Assembly: GCA_964644245.1 (NCBI GenBank)
Contig: CAZXUR010000003.1
Location: 16,585 to 80,584, forward strand
Reading direction: 5' to 3'
Source of the DNA: an uncultured archaeon
GTDB taxonomy: Archaea > Aenigmatarchaeota > Aenigmatarchaeia > CAZXUR01
DNA: 64,000 bases
In this document: piece by piece, positions 17,930 to 28,622 of the stretch
How the letters are laid out: every line of letters begins with the position of its first letter
How positions within the stretch are numbered: position 1 is the first letter of the stretch
Notes under the pieces: generated by a model
Told to the model about the DNA's origin: nothing
What the model saw: the letters and a program-made list of their open reading frames with translations, nothing else
Database searches by the model: none
Made by a program: the position numbers and the translations under genes

Positions 17930-19813
17930 ATGGAACTATTACTCATCCACGCGGACTTTCTGGAGTTTGAGACCAAGAAAAAGGCTTTGAAGTCTGCAAA
18001 GAAAGTAAAAAAGAAGAAGGCCAGGATAGACGAGTGTCTGGTGGCCTTCACCGCGGTTGAGAAAAGGGACGAAGACGTCAAGAAGGACATCATCAAAAAA
18101 GCGGTCCAGGAAATCACTCATGTGGCAAAGGAAGTGAGTGCCGATCGAGTCGTGTTGTATCCTTACGTGCACCTGACAAACGACCCGGCCAGTCCTTCGT
18201 CGGCTGAGGAAGTTTTGGACGATGTGGCAACAGAACTCAAATTCGACGTGGAGAGAGTCCCTTTCGGCTATTACAAGGCCTTCACAGTCAAGTGCAAAGG
18301 CCACCCCCTGGCTGAACTATCAAGGACGATTACATCTGATAAGGAAAAGAAGAAGGAAGAGGGAGGAGAGAAGGCGGTCAAGGCAGAGAAGAAGTTGAAG
18401 TCTGACTGGTATGTCCTAGACACGAAAGGCAAGCTACATAAACTTAAGATGAAGTCTGGCAAGCTGTCCGGTTTCAATTTCAAGAAGTATCCCAATCTAG
18501 AGAAATTTGCAAAGTATGAAATGGCAAAGGTCAGGACCGCGAAGAAGGAGCCGCCTCATGTGGAACTCATGAGGAAACTGGAAATAGCTGATTACGAATC
18601 CGGTTCTGACCCCGGACATCTAAGGTTCTACCCGAAGGGTACATTCATCAAGAAACAGATAGAGGGATGGACTACAAATAACCTGCTGGACTACGGTGCT
18701 TTGCAGATAGAATCGCCGTTGATGTACGACTTCGAGCATCCCTCACTGAAGAAATATCTGGAAAGGTTTCCGGCCAGACAGTACGTCATAGGGACGCCCA
18801 ACAAGCGCGTCTTCCTTAGATTCGCTGCATGCTTCGGTCAGTTTCTTATGGCACATGACGCTGTCATCTCGTACAAGCATCTACCAGTCCGGATGTACGA
18901 ACTTGCCGAGTCCTTTAGGGTGGAGAAGAGAGGCGAGTTGACAGGCTTGAGGAGAACCCGCGCCTTCACAATGCCTGACTGTCACGCTCTCTGTGAAGAC
19001 AGGGAACAGGCGAAGAAGGAGATGTTGACACGTTTTGACCTGGCGAAGAAAGTCCAGAAGGGCTTTGGTTTTGATGTTCCGGGAGACTTCGAACTTGGAC
19101 TGAGACTGGTGAAGGATTTCTACGAAAAGAACAAGGACTATGTAAAGAAACTTGTCAAGAAATGGAAGAAGCCTGTTTTGGTAGAGATGTGGGACAAACA
19201 GTTCTTCTATTTCGTGCTCAAGTACGAGTTCAACTTCGTTGACGCACTGGACAAGGCCTCTGCTCTTGCCACTGACCAGATAGACGTGGAGAACGGAGAG
19301 AGGTATGATTTGAACTACATAGACAAGAACGGAAAGAAGAAGCATCCGATTATATTGCACCTTTCGGCGAGCGGAGGCATCGGCAGAGTGATGTACGCTC
19401 TGCTGGAGAAAGCGGCATTGGAACAGAAAGAAGACAAGAATCCGGTGTTTCCTCTCTGGCTGTCGCCCACGCAAGTTCGTTTGTGTCCGATTACTTCGAA
19501 GGACATGAAGACTGCTGAGAAAATAGCAGACGAATTGGAGAAGGAAAAAATCCGTGTGGACATAGACGACACAAATGAGTCGACCTCGAAAAAAGTCAGG
19601 AACGCGGAGATGGAGTGGGTCCCCATGATAATCGTCATAGGCAAGAAGGAGAAGAAGGGGAAACTGCCGGTGAGGTTCAGAGAGACCGGCAAGGTCAAGA
19701 AGATGACCAGAAAGCAGTTAATCAAACGCGTCAAAAAAGAGACAGAGGGAAAACCGTTCAGGCCTCTTCCCCTGCCAAAGATGGTCTCTAAGAGGCCGAC
19801 TTTTGTCGGTTAA
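17930..19813 (+). CDS. thrS: threonyl-tRNA synthetase (archaeal type with N-terminal archaeal editing domain)
   Basis: 627 aa; N-terminal LLIHADFLEFE editing-domain signature, class II catalytic core, C-terminal anticodon-binding domain. Confidence 0.9.
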   Translation: MELLLIHADFLEFETKKKALKSAKKVKKKKARIDECLVAFTAVEKRDEDVKKDIIKKAVQEITHVAKEVSADRVVLYPYVHLTNDPASPSSAEEVLDDVATELKFDVERVPFGYYKAFTVKCKGHPLAELSRTITSDKEKKKEEGGEKAVKAEKKLKSDWYVLDTKGKLHKLKMKSGKLSGFNFKKYPNLEKFAKYEMAKVRTAKKEPPHVELMRKLEIADYESGSDPGHLRFYPKGTFIKKQIEGWTTNNLLDYGALQIESPLMYDFEHPSLKKYLERFPARQYVIGTPNKRVFLRFAACFGQFLMAHDAVISYKHLPVRMYELAESFRVEKRGELTGLRRTRAFTMPDCHALCEDREQAKKEMLTRFDLAKKVQKGFGFDVPGDFELGLRLVKDFYEKNKDYVKKLVKKWKKPVLVEMWDKQFFYFVLKYEFNFVDALDKASALATDQIDVENGERYDLNYIDKNGKKKHPIILHLSASGGIGRVMYALLEKAALEQKEDKNPVFPLWLSPTQVRLCPITSKDMKTAEKIADELEKEKIRVDIDDTNESTSKKVRNAEMEWVPMIIVIGKKEKKGKLPVRFRETGKVKKMTRKQLIKRVKKETEGKPFRPLPLPKMVSKRPTFVG

Positions 19814-19843
19814 CTTTATATCCGAGTTCTTCTGAAGTAATTC

Positions 19844-21031
19844 ATGACTATTTGCAGCAAACTCCTGAAGGATTTCCGCCGAATCCCCAAGTCGATGAAA
19901 ATCCTGACTCTGGGCTTTTTCTTCTACGAGTTCGGCTGGGCGTTCGTGGGACCTTTCATGCCCCTCTACTTCAAATCCATAACCGTTAGTTTTACCGAGG
20001 TGGGTCTGCTGTTTGCCATCCTGCCGCTTATACACGTGTTCACTTCCATGCCTTTGGGAGAACTCTCGGACAAGATAGGTAGGAAGTGCATAATAATGTT
20101 CGCCTTCCTGAACTACATAATCATAGGACCCGTGTACGCTTTCCTCAGCAACATCTGGACACTGGTGTTGGTGCGTTTTTACAACGCTCTTACAGCCACG
20201 CTTGTGTGGGTGCCCCACGCAGCCTTCATGCGGGACCTCTCCCCAAAGAGAAAGGAGGCAGAGGTCATTGGTTACAACGTGACCATACTTAAGGTAGCCG
20301 GAATCGCAGGAAACATCATAGGAGCGTTCCTGCTCTTTTATTGGCTGGAGGACATCTCGTTGATGTTCCTGGCCCTTCCTGTGACTTCCCTTATGGCTTT
20401 CTTGGTGGTGTCCAAAGTTCCGGAGACGGTCAAGAAGAGAGTGGGTCTGGGGAAAGGTCTGAGAGAGGTGGAGAAGGATGGCTTCAAGAAGTTCAAGGAA
20501 GAACTCAGGGACAAGAGGCTGGCTCTGATTGCTTTTCTAAACACCTACGGTATTTCCACTGTGGGCATGGTCCTCGCTTTATTCGCAAGGAGCATGGGAG
20601 CAAACCTCCTGGAGATAGGACTCATATACGCCGTTTACAAACTGCCCTTCACCGTCCAGTTCGTGACCGGAGACCTGGCCGACCGCTACGGGGACAAGAA
20701 GATGCTGGTGTTGGGAACCAGTCTCACGACTGTGTTCTTCTTCCTGCTCTATTCAGTTACTCACATAGCAACTTTATTCGTCATAACCCTGTTCATCGCA
20801 CTGGGTGTCTCAATCGTCTCCCCGGTACTGGGCGCTTACATAACCGGCCTGGGAAGGGGGCATGAGGGAGAGACGTCCGGATTCTACAATTCCGTGACTT
20901 CCGTGGCAGCTTTCATCGCTCCCATAACTGCGGGGGTGCTGTCAGACCTGTTCTCGCTGAATGTCCCTTTCCTGGTCTGCTCGATGATGTTCTTTGTCGC
21001 CACTTGCGTGGCTCTTACCTTCAAAAATTAA
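19844..21031 (+). CDS. MFS transporter
   Basis: 395 aa, 12 predicted TM helices in 6+6 arrangement with the GxLSDKIGRK loop motif. Confidence 0.85.
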   Translation: MTICSKLLKDFRRIPKSMKILTLGFFFYEFGWAFVGPFMPLYFKSITVSFTEVGLLFAILPLIHVFTSMPLGELSDKIGRKCIIMFAFLNYIIIGPVYAFLSNIWTLVLVRFYNALTATLVWVPHAAFMRDLSPKRKEAEVIGYNVTILKVAGIAGNIIGAFLLFYWLEDISLMFLALPVTSLMAFLVVSKVPETVKKRVGLGKGLREVEKDGFKKFKEELRDKRLALIAFLNTYGISTVGMVLALFARSMGANLLEIGLIYAVYKLPFTVQFVTGDLADRYGDKKMLVLGTSLTTVFFFLLYSVTHIATLFVITLFIALGVSIVSPVLGAYITGLGRGHEGETSGFYNSVTSVAAFIAPITAGVLSDLFSLNVPFLVCSMMFFVATCVALTFKN

Positions 21032-21060
21032 TTTTTAAATGTTTCCTTCAGACTTGAGAC

Positions 21061-21801
21061 ATGTTTGGAGAAAAGGAAGAGAAGACACGCATAGAGGTGG
21101 ACTCGGATGAACTGCCGTATAGCGTTATGTTTAATGTAGAGGATGCAGGCGACAACTATTCGTTGTCCGTATGTTCTTCCCAGCACTTCAATGACCGGTT
21201 CAGCAAGTGGTTGCCGATAAGAGTGCCGAAGGACGAAGACTTGAAGTCTTATGTGGTAAAAGAGTTCAAGGAGAGAATACTCCCGGAGTATTACCAGGAG
21301 CAAGAGACCAGTGACAGCAGGAAAAAACTCCATCAAAGGCTTGTCGAGGAAGCAAACGGGAGAGTACTTGACATGGGTTGCGGTTCCGGTGAACTGGCTG
21401 AATTATTGGAAAAAAGAGGTCACCAAGTGCTATGTCTGGACATAAACAAGAAACTTCTCAGACAGGCATCTGACAGTGGCAAGACATCCATACTCGCTTC
21501 GTCCGAGAGACTCCCTTTCAAGGACCATGCGATGGAAGGGGCCACCAACCTGGCGTCCGTGTCCCTGTATTACACGGACTGGGAAAGTGTTTTTGGTGAG
21601 GTTGAGAGAGTCGGTGGCGATTTTCTCATAGCACCCAACAACCTGGACCTCTGGTTCAATTACAAGAAGAAACTGAAGGACAAGGGCTATCAGGTAAAGG
21701 GCTCTTACCGGACACCTTATTGGTTAAAAGCAACTAAAAGAGAGAAAGAAGACCGAGGCTCAGTACTGTCACGATTGTCCCAGCGATTAAATTTCCTATG
21801 A
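21061..21801 (+). CDS. class I SAM-dependent methyltransferase
   Basis: 246 aa; VLDMGCGSGELA motif I and LPFKDHAMEG motif; 3' end overlaps the convergent membrane protein gene by 68 nt. Confidence 0.75.
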   Translation: MFGEKEEKTRIEVDSDELPYSVMFNVEDAGDNYSLSVCSSQHFNDRFSKWLPIRVPKDEDLKSYVVKEFKERILPEYYQEQETSDSRKKLHQRLVEEANGRVLDMGCGSGELAELLEKRGHQVLCLDINKKLLRQASDSGKTSILASSERLPFKDHAMEGATNLASVSLYYTDWESVFGEVERVGGDFLIAPNNLDLWFNYKKKLKDKGYQVKGSYRTPYWLKATKREKEDRGSVLSRLSQRLNFL

Positions 21802-22177
21802 ACGCCGCAAGCAGAGTCTCCCTTTTTCTCATGCCTATGAACCAGGCCACCAGAGTGCCCGACCAGACCCCGCTGCCCGGAAGGGGTATTCCTATGAACA
21901 GTGATACGCCCAATAGTCCGTACTTGTCTGCGTAAGACTGGCCCTTGGCCTGGGTTCTTTCCACTAATCTGCGTATGAGACTGAATCGCTGGAAGAACTG
22001 CCTGTATGTCAGGGACAGCGCTACGTACAGGGGCAGTGCAAGCAATGTGTTGACGGTGACCACGAACAGGAACAGGGGAACGATGTCAAGTCCCATGGAC
22101 AGTCCTATGGGTATGGACGCACGAAGCTCTATCCAAGGGACGAGAGTTATGAGCAGTACGTACAGCCAGTTATCCAT
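21734..22177 (-). CDS. small multidrug-export-like membrane protein (Sm_multidrug_ex-like)
   Basis: 147 aa; N-terminal VPWIELRASIPIGL motif and 4 TM helices. Confidence 0.55.
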   Translation of the reverse strand: MDNWLYVLLITLVPWIELRASIPIGLSMGLDIVPLFLFVVTVNTLLALPLYVALSLTYRQFFQRFSLIRRLVERTQAKGQSYADKYGLLGVSLFIGIPLPGSGVWSGTLVAWFIGMRKRETLLAAFIGNLIAGTIVTVLSLGLLSLF

Positions 22178-22207
22178 ACTAAGAATTGGAAAGGGTGTTT
22201 ATATCTT

Positions 22208-23029
22208 TTAGTTGGCCTTGAGTTTTTTTGCGTTGGACCACACCAGATTGAACAGAGGTTCTAGCACTTCTGAGGAGGCATGGTCGCTCTCGGTCCAGAA
22301 AGAGAGTTCCTGGGTGGGGTGTGTGGTACTGTCCCGGGTCAGTGCAAACACGAACTCGTTGCCGTCCACTATGGCCATCCTGCCAGTGGGCAAGGACTTG
22401 TTAGAGACGTCCCTCACGTCTGCGAAAGCCGCCAGTTCCTGTGCGACCTTGCGGTTGTTTTCGTTGATGGGAGCGGCTATCTTCAGGTTTACCCCTGATT
22501 TGGATTTGTCCTTCAAGTTCTTGTAGTAGTTCTTGTAGAGTTCGACCAGTCCCACGTCCGTGGTAAATAACTTGATGTTCTTCTCTGCCTTGTTGAACAT
22601 CATGTTCATCTGCTGGAGGAGTGCCGGCCTTCCTTTCAGGGCTCCGGTCAACTCGTTCAACTTGTTAACAGAAACACCTTCCTTGTACAGGGATTCCATC
22701 TCCTCGATTTTCTCTGACTCCTTCAGTTCTTCTATCCTTTCTATCATCTCGTCCGTTTCATTCTGTAGGTTCTTGGCCTGCCTTGACAGCGCCTCCTTGG
22801 GAGGGACAACCACGTACTTGATGGGCTTTCCGGGCTGCACGATCACGAAACCCCTTTCAGCCAGTGATTCGAGCACATCGTAACACCGGCTCCTCGGAAC
22901 TCCGGATATTTCCGCAAGCTCACCGGCCGTGGAAGTTTTCCTGGACAGAAGAGCTACGAATAATTTTCTCTCGTATTGATTGAGACCAATAGTCTTCAAG
23001 GCATCCATTACTTTAGGACTAGCAAGCAT
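22208..23029 (-). CDS. TrmB-family transcriptional regulator
   Basis: 273 aa; N-terminal wHTH LNQYERKLFVALLSRKTSTAGELAEISGVPRSRCYDVLESLAERGFV and C-terminal TrmB effector-like domain. Confidence 0.8.
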   Translation of the reverse strand: MLASPKVMDALKTIGLNQYERKLFVALLSRKTSTAGELAEISGVPRSRCYDVLESLAERGFVIVQPGKPIKYVVVPPKEALSRQAKNLQNETDEMIERIEELKESEKIEEMESLYKEGVSVNKLNELTGALKGRPALLQQMNMMFNKAEKNIKLFTTDVGLVELYKNYYKNLKDKSKSGVNLKIAAPINENNRKVAQELAAFADVRDVSNKSLPTGRMAIVDGNEFVFALTRDSTTHPTQELSFWTESDHASSEVLEPLFNLVWSNAKKLKAN

Positions 23030-23145
23030 TACACCTCACCGGTAGCAACTATACCTAATATGGTTTTTAGGTTTATATAGTTTTCACACCTTTTGTCCAC
23101 TCTGTGTAATTCATCTGTTATGGGGGACGTTTCCATTTTTAAAAT

Positions 23146-23643
23146 TTGAAAACTAGTAGGGTTTGTGGTTGTGTGGCAGCGAAAAAAGGGAACGGAGAGA
23201 GACCTTCACTGGACGAATACTTTATGAGAATAGCAAGTGTGGTTTCCAAGCGCTCTACTTGTCTGAGACGTAAGGTGGGAGCGGTCCTGGTCAAGGACAA
23301 GCGTATAATCGCCACCGGCTACAACGGTGCTCCCCGTGACCATCCGCACTGCCTGGACATCGGTTGCCTGAGGGACGAGAGGAACATAAAGTCCGGCACC
23401 CATCATGAAATCTGCCGGGCGGTCCATGCCGAGATGAACACCATCATTCAGGCAGCCATACACGGCACGTCTACAGAAGGCACCACTCTCTACTGCACAC
23501 ACTTCCCCTGCATACTATGCACAAAAGCCCTGATAAACGCAGGAATTAAGGAAATAGTGTTCGGGGAGAGTTATCCAGACAAGGACTCCATGGGTTACTT
23601 GCAAAAGGCCGGGGTTAAAGTCAGGAAGTTCAGTAAGGTTTAG
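23146..23643 (+). CDS. dCMP deaminase
   Basis: HAEMNTI zinc-binding motif and [18 protein letters not shown]; [22 protein letters not shown]-region typical of ComEB/dCMP deaminase; start may be a GTG near 23173. Confidence 0.8.
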   Translation: MKTSRVCGCVAAKKGNGERPSLDEYFMRIASVVSKRSTCLRRKVGAVLVKDKRIIATGYNGAPRDHPHCLDIGCLRDERNIKSGTHHEICRAVHAEMNTIIQAAIHGTSTEGTTLYCTHFPCILCTKALINAGIKEIVFGESYPDKDSMGYLQKAGVKVRKFSKV

Positions 23644-24551
23644 ATTTGCTTTTCTTCCATAAGTTTTTTTCTTCCTTTCTCCAGGTAATGGTCAACCCTC
23701 GACTCCTCCCAGACCTTCTCTTCCATGGGTCTTGACTTCGCGGTCTTGAGGAATCTCTCGTACATCTCAAAGTCCCTCCCATACCCATGATAAGAGTCAG
23801 AATCGTCCACCATTTGCCCTACCTTTACCTCTTCTCCTATGTTCTCGGAAATCCTTTCAGCGATTTCCCTCTCCAGTTCTTTTGTGCCCCAGAGGTTCAT
23901 GAATGCAGCCTTCAAAGCGTCCCTGGACCTCCAAGAAGTGTTCATGTTCAGTACCGGCCTTTCTTTATAGTCCCTGAATATCCGGCACCATACCCTCTGC
24001 AAACACGGGGGGAAATCGGTCTTGGGGTCTGCGGTGGGCATCCATGTGGTCGCCTGAGCTCTTCTGCTGTATCCGGATTTGGACAGTTTGTCGACTATGT
24101 AGTCTATCTGGTTCACTGGTTTGAAAATCTTTTTAGTTAAGTATCTCGACAGCTTGCTTGACAGCTTGCCTAAGGTACTGCTCTTTGTAGTCAAATCTTT
24201 CTCTGGAGAGTAATCCTTCAGTCTCTGGTGGTAGGTATACGGCCACTTGCCCTCTTCGGGTTTTATCTCCCAATCCTTCGTACCTTCCACGAACTCCTGC
24301 CTGTATTCTTCCAGCACTTCGGGAGTATAACCTATCATACCCATCTTGTGCACGCGGGGCTTGCTCAAAGGCTCGTCTATCACCATTATCATCTTGCAAT
24401 CCTTGCTGGGCGGGTCCTCCGGCTTGTCGTGCTCGGTCTTTATCCTTGTTCCCTTCTCCCAGAGGAGCATCAGAGACTTTTCCCAGGTATCTGGCAACCC
24501 TTTACCGCGGGCGACTAGAACTGGTATGTTCCCGTCGAATTTTTCAGGCAT
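23640..24551 (-). CDS. thyA: thymidylate synthase, divergent archaeal ThyA-like
   Basis: About 303 aa from [18 protein letters not shown]; PPCLQRVWC (ThyA PPCH-like) and [15 protein letters not shown] (SxRSxD-like) motifs; the track ORF has a 31-aa N-extension overlapping tmk. Confidence 0.65.
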   Translation of the reverse strand: MPEKFDGNIPVLVARGKGLPDTWEKSLMLLWEKGTRIKTEHDKPEDPPSKDCKMIMVIDEPLSKPRVHKMGMIGYTPEVLEEYRQEFVEGTKDWEIKPEEGKWPYTYHQRLKDYSPEKDLTTKSSTLGKLSSKLSRYLTKKIFKPVNQIDYIVDKLSKSGYSRRAQATTWMPTADPKTDFPPCLQRVWCRIFRDYKERPVLNMNTSWRSRDALKAAFMNLWGTKELEREIAERISENIGEEVKVGQMVDDSDSYHGYGRDFEMYERFLKTAKSRPMEEKVWEESRVDHYLEKGRKKLMEEKQI

Positions 24552-24600
24552 ATTACTGATTGTCCTGAAATTATTTAAAATTGCAAAACAAAATAAGAAA

Positions 24601-25182
24601 ATGTTTCTGGTCTTTGAAGGCATGGACGGCTGTGGGAAGACCACCCAGATGAATTTGGTTTCTCAATACTATTTTAACCAGAGGAGAGACGTATTCCTGA
24701 CCAGAGAGCCTTCCAACGGTCCTTACGGAAAGAAGGTCCGAAAGAAGTTTTTGAATCAGAAGAATCCAATGTCCCACGGAGAAGAGATGTTAGGACTGTT
24801 CGTCAAGGACAGGGACTGGCACATGGAAAAGGTCATACAACCGGCCCTTGAACTGGGTTGTGAGGTCCTCTGTGACCGCTACTACCATTCGAACATTGCT
24901 TACCAGGCCACACAGGGACTTGATATCCACAAAGTGATAGACGCGAACCAGAGGTTTCGCAGCCCTGACTTGGTCCTCCTATATGACCTCCCTGCCAAGA
25001 CCGCCATAGAAAGAATGGGAAAAAGAGGACGGAAGACAAAGTTTGAGAAGATAGAATTCATGGAAAATCTGAGGAAAAACTTCCTTCGTCTCCCCGAACT
25101 TCTTGACGACAACATCAATGTCATAGACGCTTCCCTGGATATAACTTCAGTGCACGAAACAACTCTCAAAGAACTAGAATAA
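24601..25182 (+). CDS. tmk: thymidylate kinase
   Basis: P-loop FEGMDGCGKTTQ, DRY-like CDRYYHS; the longer track ORF from 24346 is an out-of-context extension across thyA. Confidence 0.85.
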   Translation: MFLVFEGMDGCGKTTQMNLVSQYYFNQRRDVFLTREPSNGPYGKKVRKKFLNQKNPMSHGEEMLGLFVKDRDWHMEKVIQPALELGCEVLCDRYYHSNIAYQATQGLDIHKVIDANQRFRSPDLVLLYDLPAKTAIERMGKRGRKTKFEKIEFMENLRKNFLRLPELLDDNINVIDASLDITSVHETTLKELE

Positions 25183-26361
25183 CTTCTTGTACCAGGGCCT
25201 TTGTTTTTTCTTCTCCTTTTCTTTCTCTATCTTCTTAGCAGTCTTCATCGCCTGCTTCTTGACTTTCTTCAATTTCTTGGACCCTTTGGGCACTCCTGAA
25301 GAGTTTCCTATGCCGGCTATCAGCACCGGAGACTTAGCGTCCTCCAAAGACCTGGAAATGGCTCTCTTGACTTCTGGTATTGATTCTATCACTCCTTTGG
25401 GCATGGGAACTATGGCTTCGTCAAAACCCACGTTCACTCCTATCACGTCCAAAGGAATCTTCTTTTCCAGGACGAAATTTTCTATCATCTCTCTCTGAGG
25501 GTTCGGACCGCCCATGGCAAATCCCACACCTTCCACCACCGACCCGGTCTTTTCTCCTTCCAGTTTTCCCTTTGCGTCTATAGTTATTATCTTCTTGAAC
25601 TTCCTGTTCTTGGACAACTTCTTCAGAGCCTCGTCCACACGTCCCAGTCTGGGTCCCGGACCATCAGCCCTGATGATGTGACAGTTCACCCCTTCAATCT
25701 TTTTCTTCGCATAAATAACATCTTCAGCGATTTCCTTGGTCTTGGCGTCACCCATGAGGTCTGCTGCCACCAGGGGTCCTATGGAGTCTCCCACCGGCTT
25801 TCCATCCACGAATGATTCCACGCCTTTGTACTGGCTCTTGGCCAGTTTTTCTATCAGGGGCATCTGCATCTGTAGCATAAGCGCGAGCTGCAGGTTATTC
25901 AGTTTCTTGACCATCTCCACGTTGTGGCGCACGATTTTGGCAAACATGTGCACGGAAATGGCGGCTCGCATCCCATAGTTTATCTTTTGCTTTTCTTCCT
26001 GCCCCTTCTTGCTGACCGAGTCAACAAACCTCTCAAACCGGTGCTCCATGTTCCTGATTATCTGGTCCGTACGGTAGACCAGCCCTTGTGGGTCTATGTT
26101 AGAGGGCTCCACCACGAAGAACTCTGAGAACCGGTCAACCTCTCCTATCAGTTTCTTGGAAGGGTTTTTGGTAATTTTTTTAGCAACAACCTTCTTCCCT
26201 TTTTTGGACAGATTCTCCAACTTTAGCGCTGACTTTTCCAGTTTCATGAGCATTTGCTTCAGCATCAGTTTTGGATAAACGAACATGAGCACGAAGAACA
26301 TACCGAACCATATAACAGTTCCCCATATTCCATCCTGGCCAAGCTGTTGAAGCAAGAACAT
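25174..26361 (-). CDS. conserved archaeal membrane-anchored protein (DUF1512-like, tentative)
   Basis: 395 aa; N-terminal TM helix, GVGFAMGGPNP motif, Lys-rich C-terminal tail. Confidence 0.6.
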   Translation of the reverse strand: MFLLQQLGQDGIWGTVIWFGMFFVLMFVYPKLMLKQMLMKLEKSALKLENLSKKGKKVVAKKITKNPSKKLIGEVDRFSEFFVVEPSNIDPQGLVYRTDQIIRNMEHRFERFVDSVSKKGQEEKQKINYGMRAAISVHMFAKIVRHNVEMVKKLNNLQLALMLQMQMPLIEKLAKSQYKGVESFVDGKPVGDSIGPLVAADLMGDAKTKEIAEDVIYAKKKIEGVNCHIIRADGPGPRLGRVDEALKKLSKNRKFKKIITIDAKGKLEGEKTGSVVEGVGFAMGGPNPQREMIENFVLEKKIPLDVIGVNVGFDEAIVPMPKGVIESIPEVKRAISRSLEDAKSPVLIAGIGNSSGVPKGSKKLKKVKKQAMKTAKKIEKEKEKKKQRPWYKKLF

Positions 26362-26442
26362 GTTAACACATCATTAATTATGCTTATAGTTTATATAATT
26401 TGGTGGGCGAAACTATAAATAATCTTCTGAAATAGTAAAACT

Positions 26443-27081
26443 ATGCTTGGATGGAGATTCCTTACCGTGGTGTTCGTATCATTTGTGGTCTTAGCCGGAA
26501 GTCTGGTGTCTGACGTGGGGGTCAAAGAATTGTTGTTCTCATTTTCCGAAGGCATCACTGGGTTCGTCGGCTACGAGGGCTCGCCCCTGGCCAGGAACGT
26601 TGATTTCAAGGCGGAACTTTCCCTGGAGGATTACGAACTGCTCACGGAGCTTACGAACGTAAGTTTGCGGGGAGAACCTTTCCAGATATCGCTGGATACC
26701 AAGCCAAAACAGACGGTCAAGACCTCGGGTCAGGCCCATCTCTTTGAGTTCAAGGGAGAAATCATATTCAAGTCGGGAACGGCGGCTTTGGAAGGCACAG
26801 TCAAAGGCCTGGAGAACATAAACTATGAGAAACCTATCAAGATGAAAAGCACCGGATTCGTCTATCAGTCAGTCTCCCTAGACACACTGACCTTTTCCGA
26901 GTTCAAGAGAGAGACTGTGGGAAGTCTTTCTACACAGAACCTGAATTACTCGATCAACGGGACGGTGGAAATACACGGCTTCAGGGGAGAGGCTGAGTTT
27001 AGGCCTGGTTTGCTGCTCCTTGACGGCAAGGCCAACCGGATTCTTTCTTCCGGAGGACAGAAGTTCTCACTGCTCAGCTGA
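26443..27081 (+). CDS. secreted or membrane-anchored hypothetical protein
   Basis: 212 aa; N-terminal hydrophobic signal/anchor, then beta-rich domain; no family recognised. Confidence 0.55.
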   Translation: MLGWRFLTVVFVSFVVLAGSLVSDVGVKELLFSFSEGITGFVGYEGSPLARNVDFKAELSLEDYELLTELTNVSLRGEPFQISLDTKPKQTVKTSGQAHLFEFKGEIIFKSGTAALEGTVKGLENINYEKPIKMKSTGFVYQSVSLDTLTFSEFKRETVGSLSTQNLNYSINGTVEIHGFRGEAEFRPGLLLLDGKANRILSSGGQKFSLLS

Positions 27082-27082
27082 T

Positions 27083-27907
27083 TCAGGGCAGTAAAGTCCT
27101 CACTCCTCCGTACACGAACGCACCACCCAGTCCCAGATAAGCAATAGTCCTGAACAGATAGTCTATGCGTCCCGGACTCTTCCTCACCAGTTTCAACAGC
27201 TTCTTCCCCGTGGCTCCACGGAATCTTCCCTTGCTGTCCAAGAACTTCAGTACGTCAAAGTAGGAAAGGCGCAATCGGAGTGTGTACCAGTCAACCAGTG
27301 TGGGTATGGGATAGTATCGTGTGAAGAGTTTTGTGTTTCCCTTGCGTATAGCTTTGAGGACCTCGTCCACGTCAGTCATCCCGTAGGGAACGTAGGTGAG
27401 TCCGTGACCGAGCATTTCCAGGCAGTGGGCATCAGAGCCGGTTACCGTGGGCATTTTGTTCTTCTTCGCGAACCTCTTGGCCTTCCAGTTGGATATTCTC
27501 TCCAGGTTGAGGGGACTGAAAACCTCTATGGCATCGCATAGGTCTGACTTGGAACGTATGCCCTTTCCGTATATGTCAAACGGGTGGCAGGCCACTGCGA
27601 TTCCTCCCTGGTCGTGTATACTGTCGATGGTCTCTTCCACCGACAGTTTCATGGGTATTTCCTCCTGCACTCCCAGTCCTATGACGTGCTTTTCCTTGCC
27701 GTGGTCATCTGCGCTCACCTCTATGCCCGGTATGATCAGCAGGTCCTTTGACTTCAGTTTGGTCAGGTGGTTGTGGTCGGTTATAGCCAGACCTTCCACC
27801 CCCATCTTTAGTGCCTGCTTTGCCATGTTCTTGGGAGAATCAAGACCTTCCCAGGGTATCCTGGTGCCTCTCGAGTACCAGGTGTGACAGTGCAATTCCA
27901 GTAGCAT
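27083..27907 (-). CDS. PHP-domain metal-dependent phosphoesterase
   Basis: 274 aa; LELHCHTWYS, ITDHN, GSDAH PHP motifs. Confidence 0.8.
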   Translation of the reverse strand: MLLELHCHTWYSRGTRIPWEGLDSPKNMAKQALKMGVEGLAITDHNHLTKLKSKDLLIIPGIEVSADDHGKEKHVIGLGVQEEIPMKLSVEETIDSIHDQGGIAVACHPFDIYGKGIRSKSDLCDAIEVFSPLNLERISNWKAKRFAKKNKMPTVTGSDAHCLEMLGHGLTYVPYGMTDVDEVLKAIRKGNTKLFTRYYPIPTLVDWYTLRLRLSYFDVLKFLDSKGRFRGATGKKLLKLVRKSPGRIDYLFRTIAYLGLGGAFVYGGVRTLLP

Positions 27908-27930
27908 AGAACTAGTTTGCGGACAAGTTT

Positions 27931-28539
27931 TTAAGCTTTAGACTCACGTTTGTAGAGCATTTTGGGCCTCTTCTGGGCCTTGAGCACTATCAGCTCCTCC
28001 CAGGGCATTTTCTTCCTCGAGACTACTTCCACCATCATGTCTCCGAACAGTTCTTTGACCTCCCCTTCCCCGGTAAGAGATGAGAAAACCACAAAGACCT
28101 TTCCCAAGTCGTTCAGATGCTCCTGGCACTTATAGGCGAACTGGGATATCACTTTCCGGCCTGTGGTGCCGCCTGACCAGATTTTGTCCTCCCCTTTCAC
28201 CGGCAGGTAGGGAGGGTTGAAGATGATGTAGTCGAAGGAGCCGGATACGTTCGAGAACAGGTTGGACTGCACGGTTTCTGCCTCGAGACCGAGTTTTTTG
28301 AGGTTGTGCTCGGTGTTTTTAACTGCTGCCGAGTCGATGTCAGCCGCGGTTACTTCACCACGTCCGGACATGAGAACCGTGAGAAAGCCGCATCCGCACC
28401 CCATGTCCAGTATCTTTCCGCTCACTGGCTCTTTGCTGACCGCCCTTGCCAGCAGTACGGAATCCTCCCTGGGGTAATAGACTCCCGAAGAAACGTCCAT
28501 CTCTATTCTCTTTCCTTTTTGGGTAAAGGAGAACTTCAT
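27931..28539 (-). CDS. release-factor glutamine N5-methyltransferase (HemK/Mtq2 family)
   Basis: Starts MKFSF; ILDMGCGCGFL motif I and IIFNPPY catalytic motif. Confidence 0.8.
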   Translation of the reverse strand: MKFSFTQKGKRIEMDVSSGVYYPREDSVLLARAVSKEPVSGKILDMGCGCGFLTVLMSGRGEVTAADIDSAAVKNTEHNLKKLGLEAETVQSNLFSNVSGSFDYIIFNPPYLPVKGEDKIWSGGTTGRKVISQFAYKCQEHLNDLGKVFVVFSSLTGEGEVKELFGDMMVEVVSRKKMPWEELIVLKAQKRPKMLYKRESKA

Positions 28540-28622
28540 GCTATAATATTGTTCAAAAAAGATAAAAAACCGTCTCATACCTTTATATTTTTGTTTGAGT
28601 ATAATTATGCCAGAAGGTCCTT

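Noticed and set aside
24346-24600. Long N-terminal extension of the thymidylate kinase ORF (track ORF 24346-25182)
   Set aside because: It overlaps thyA on the opposite strand over 200 bp. The P-loop Tmk domain begins at the Met at 24601, which is divergent from the thyA start.
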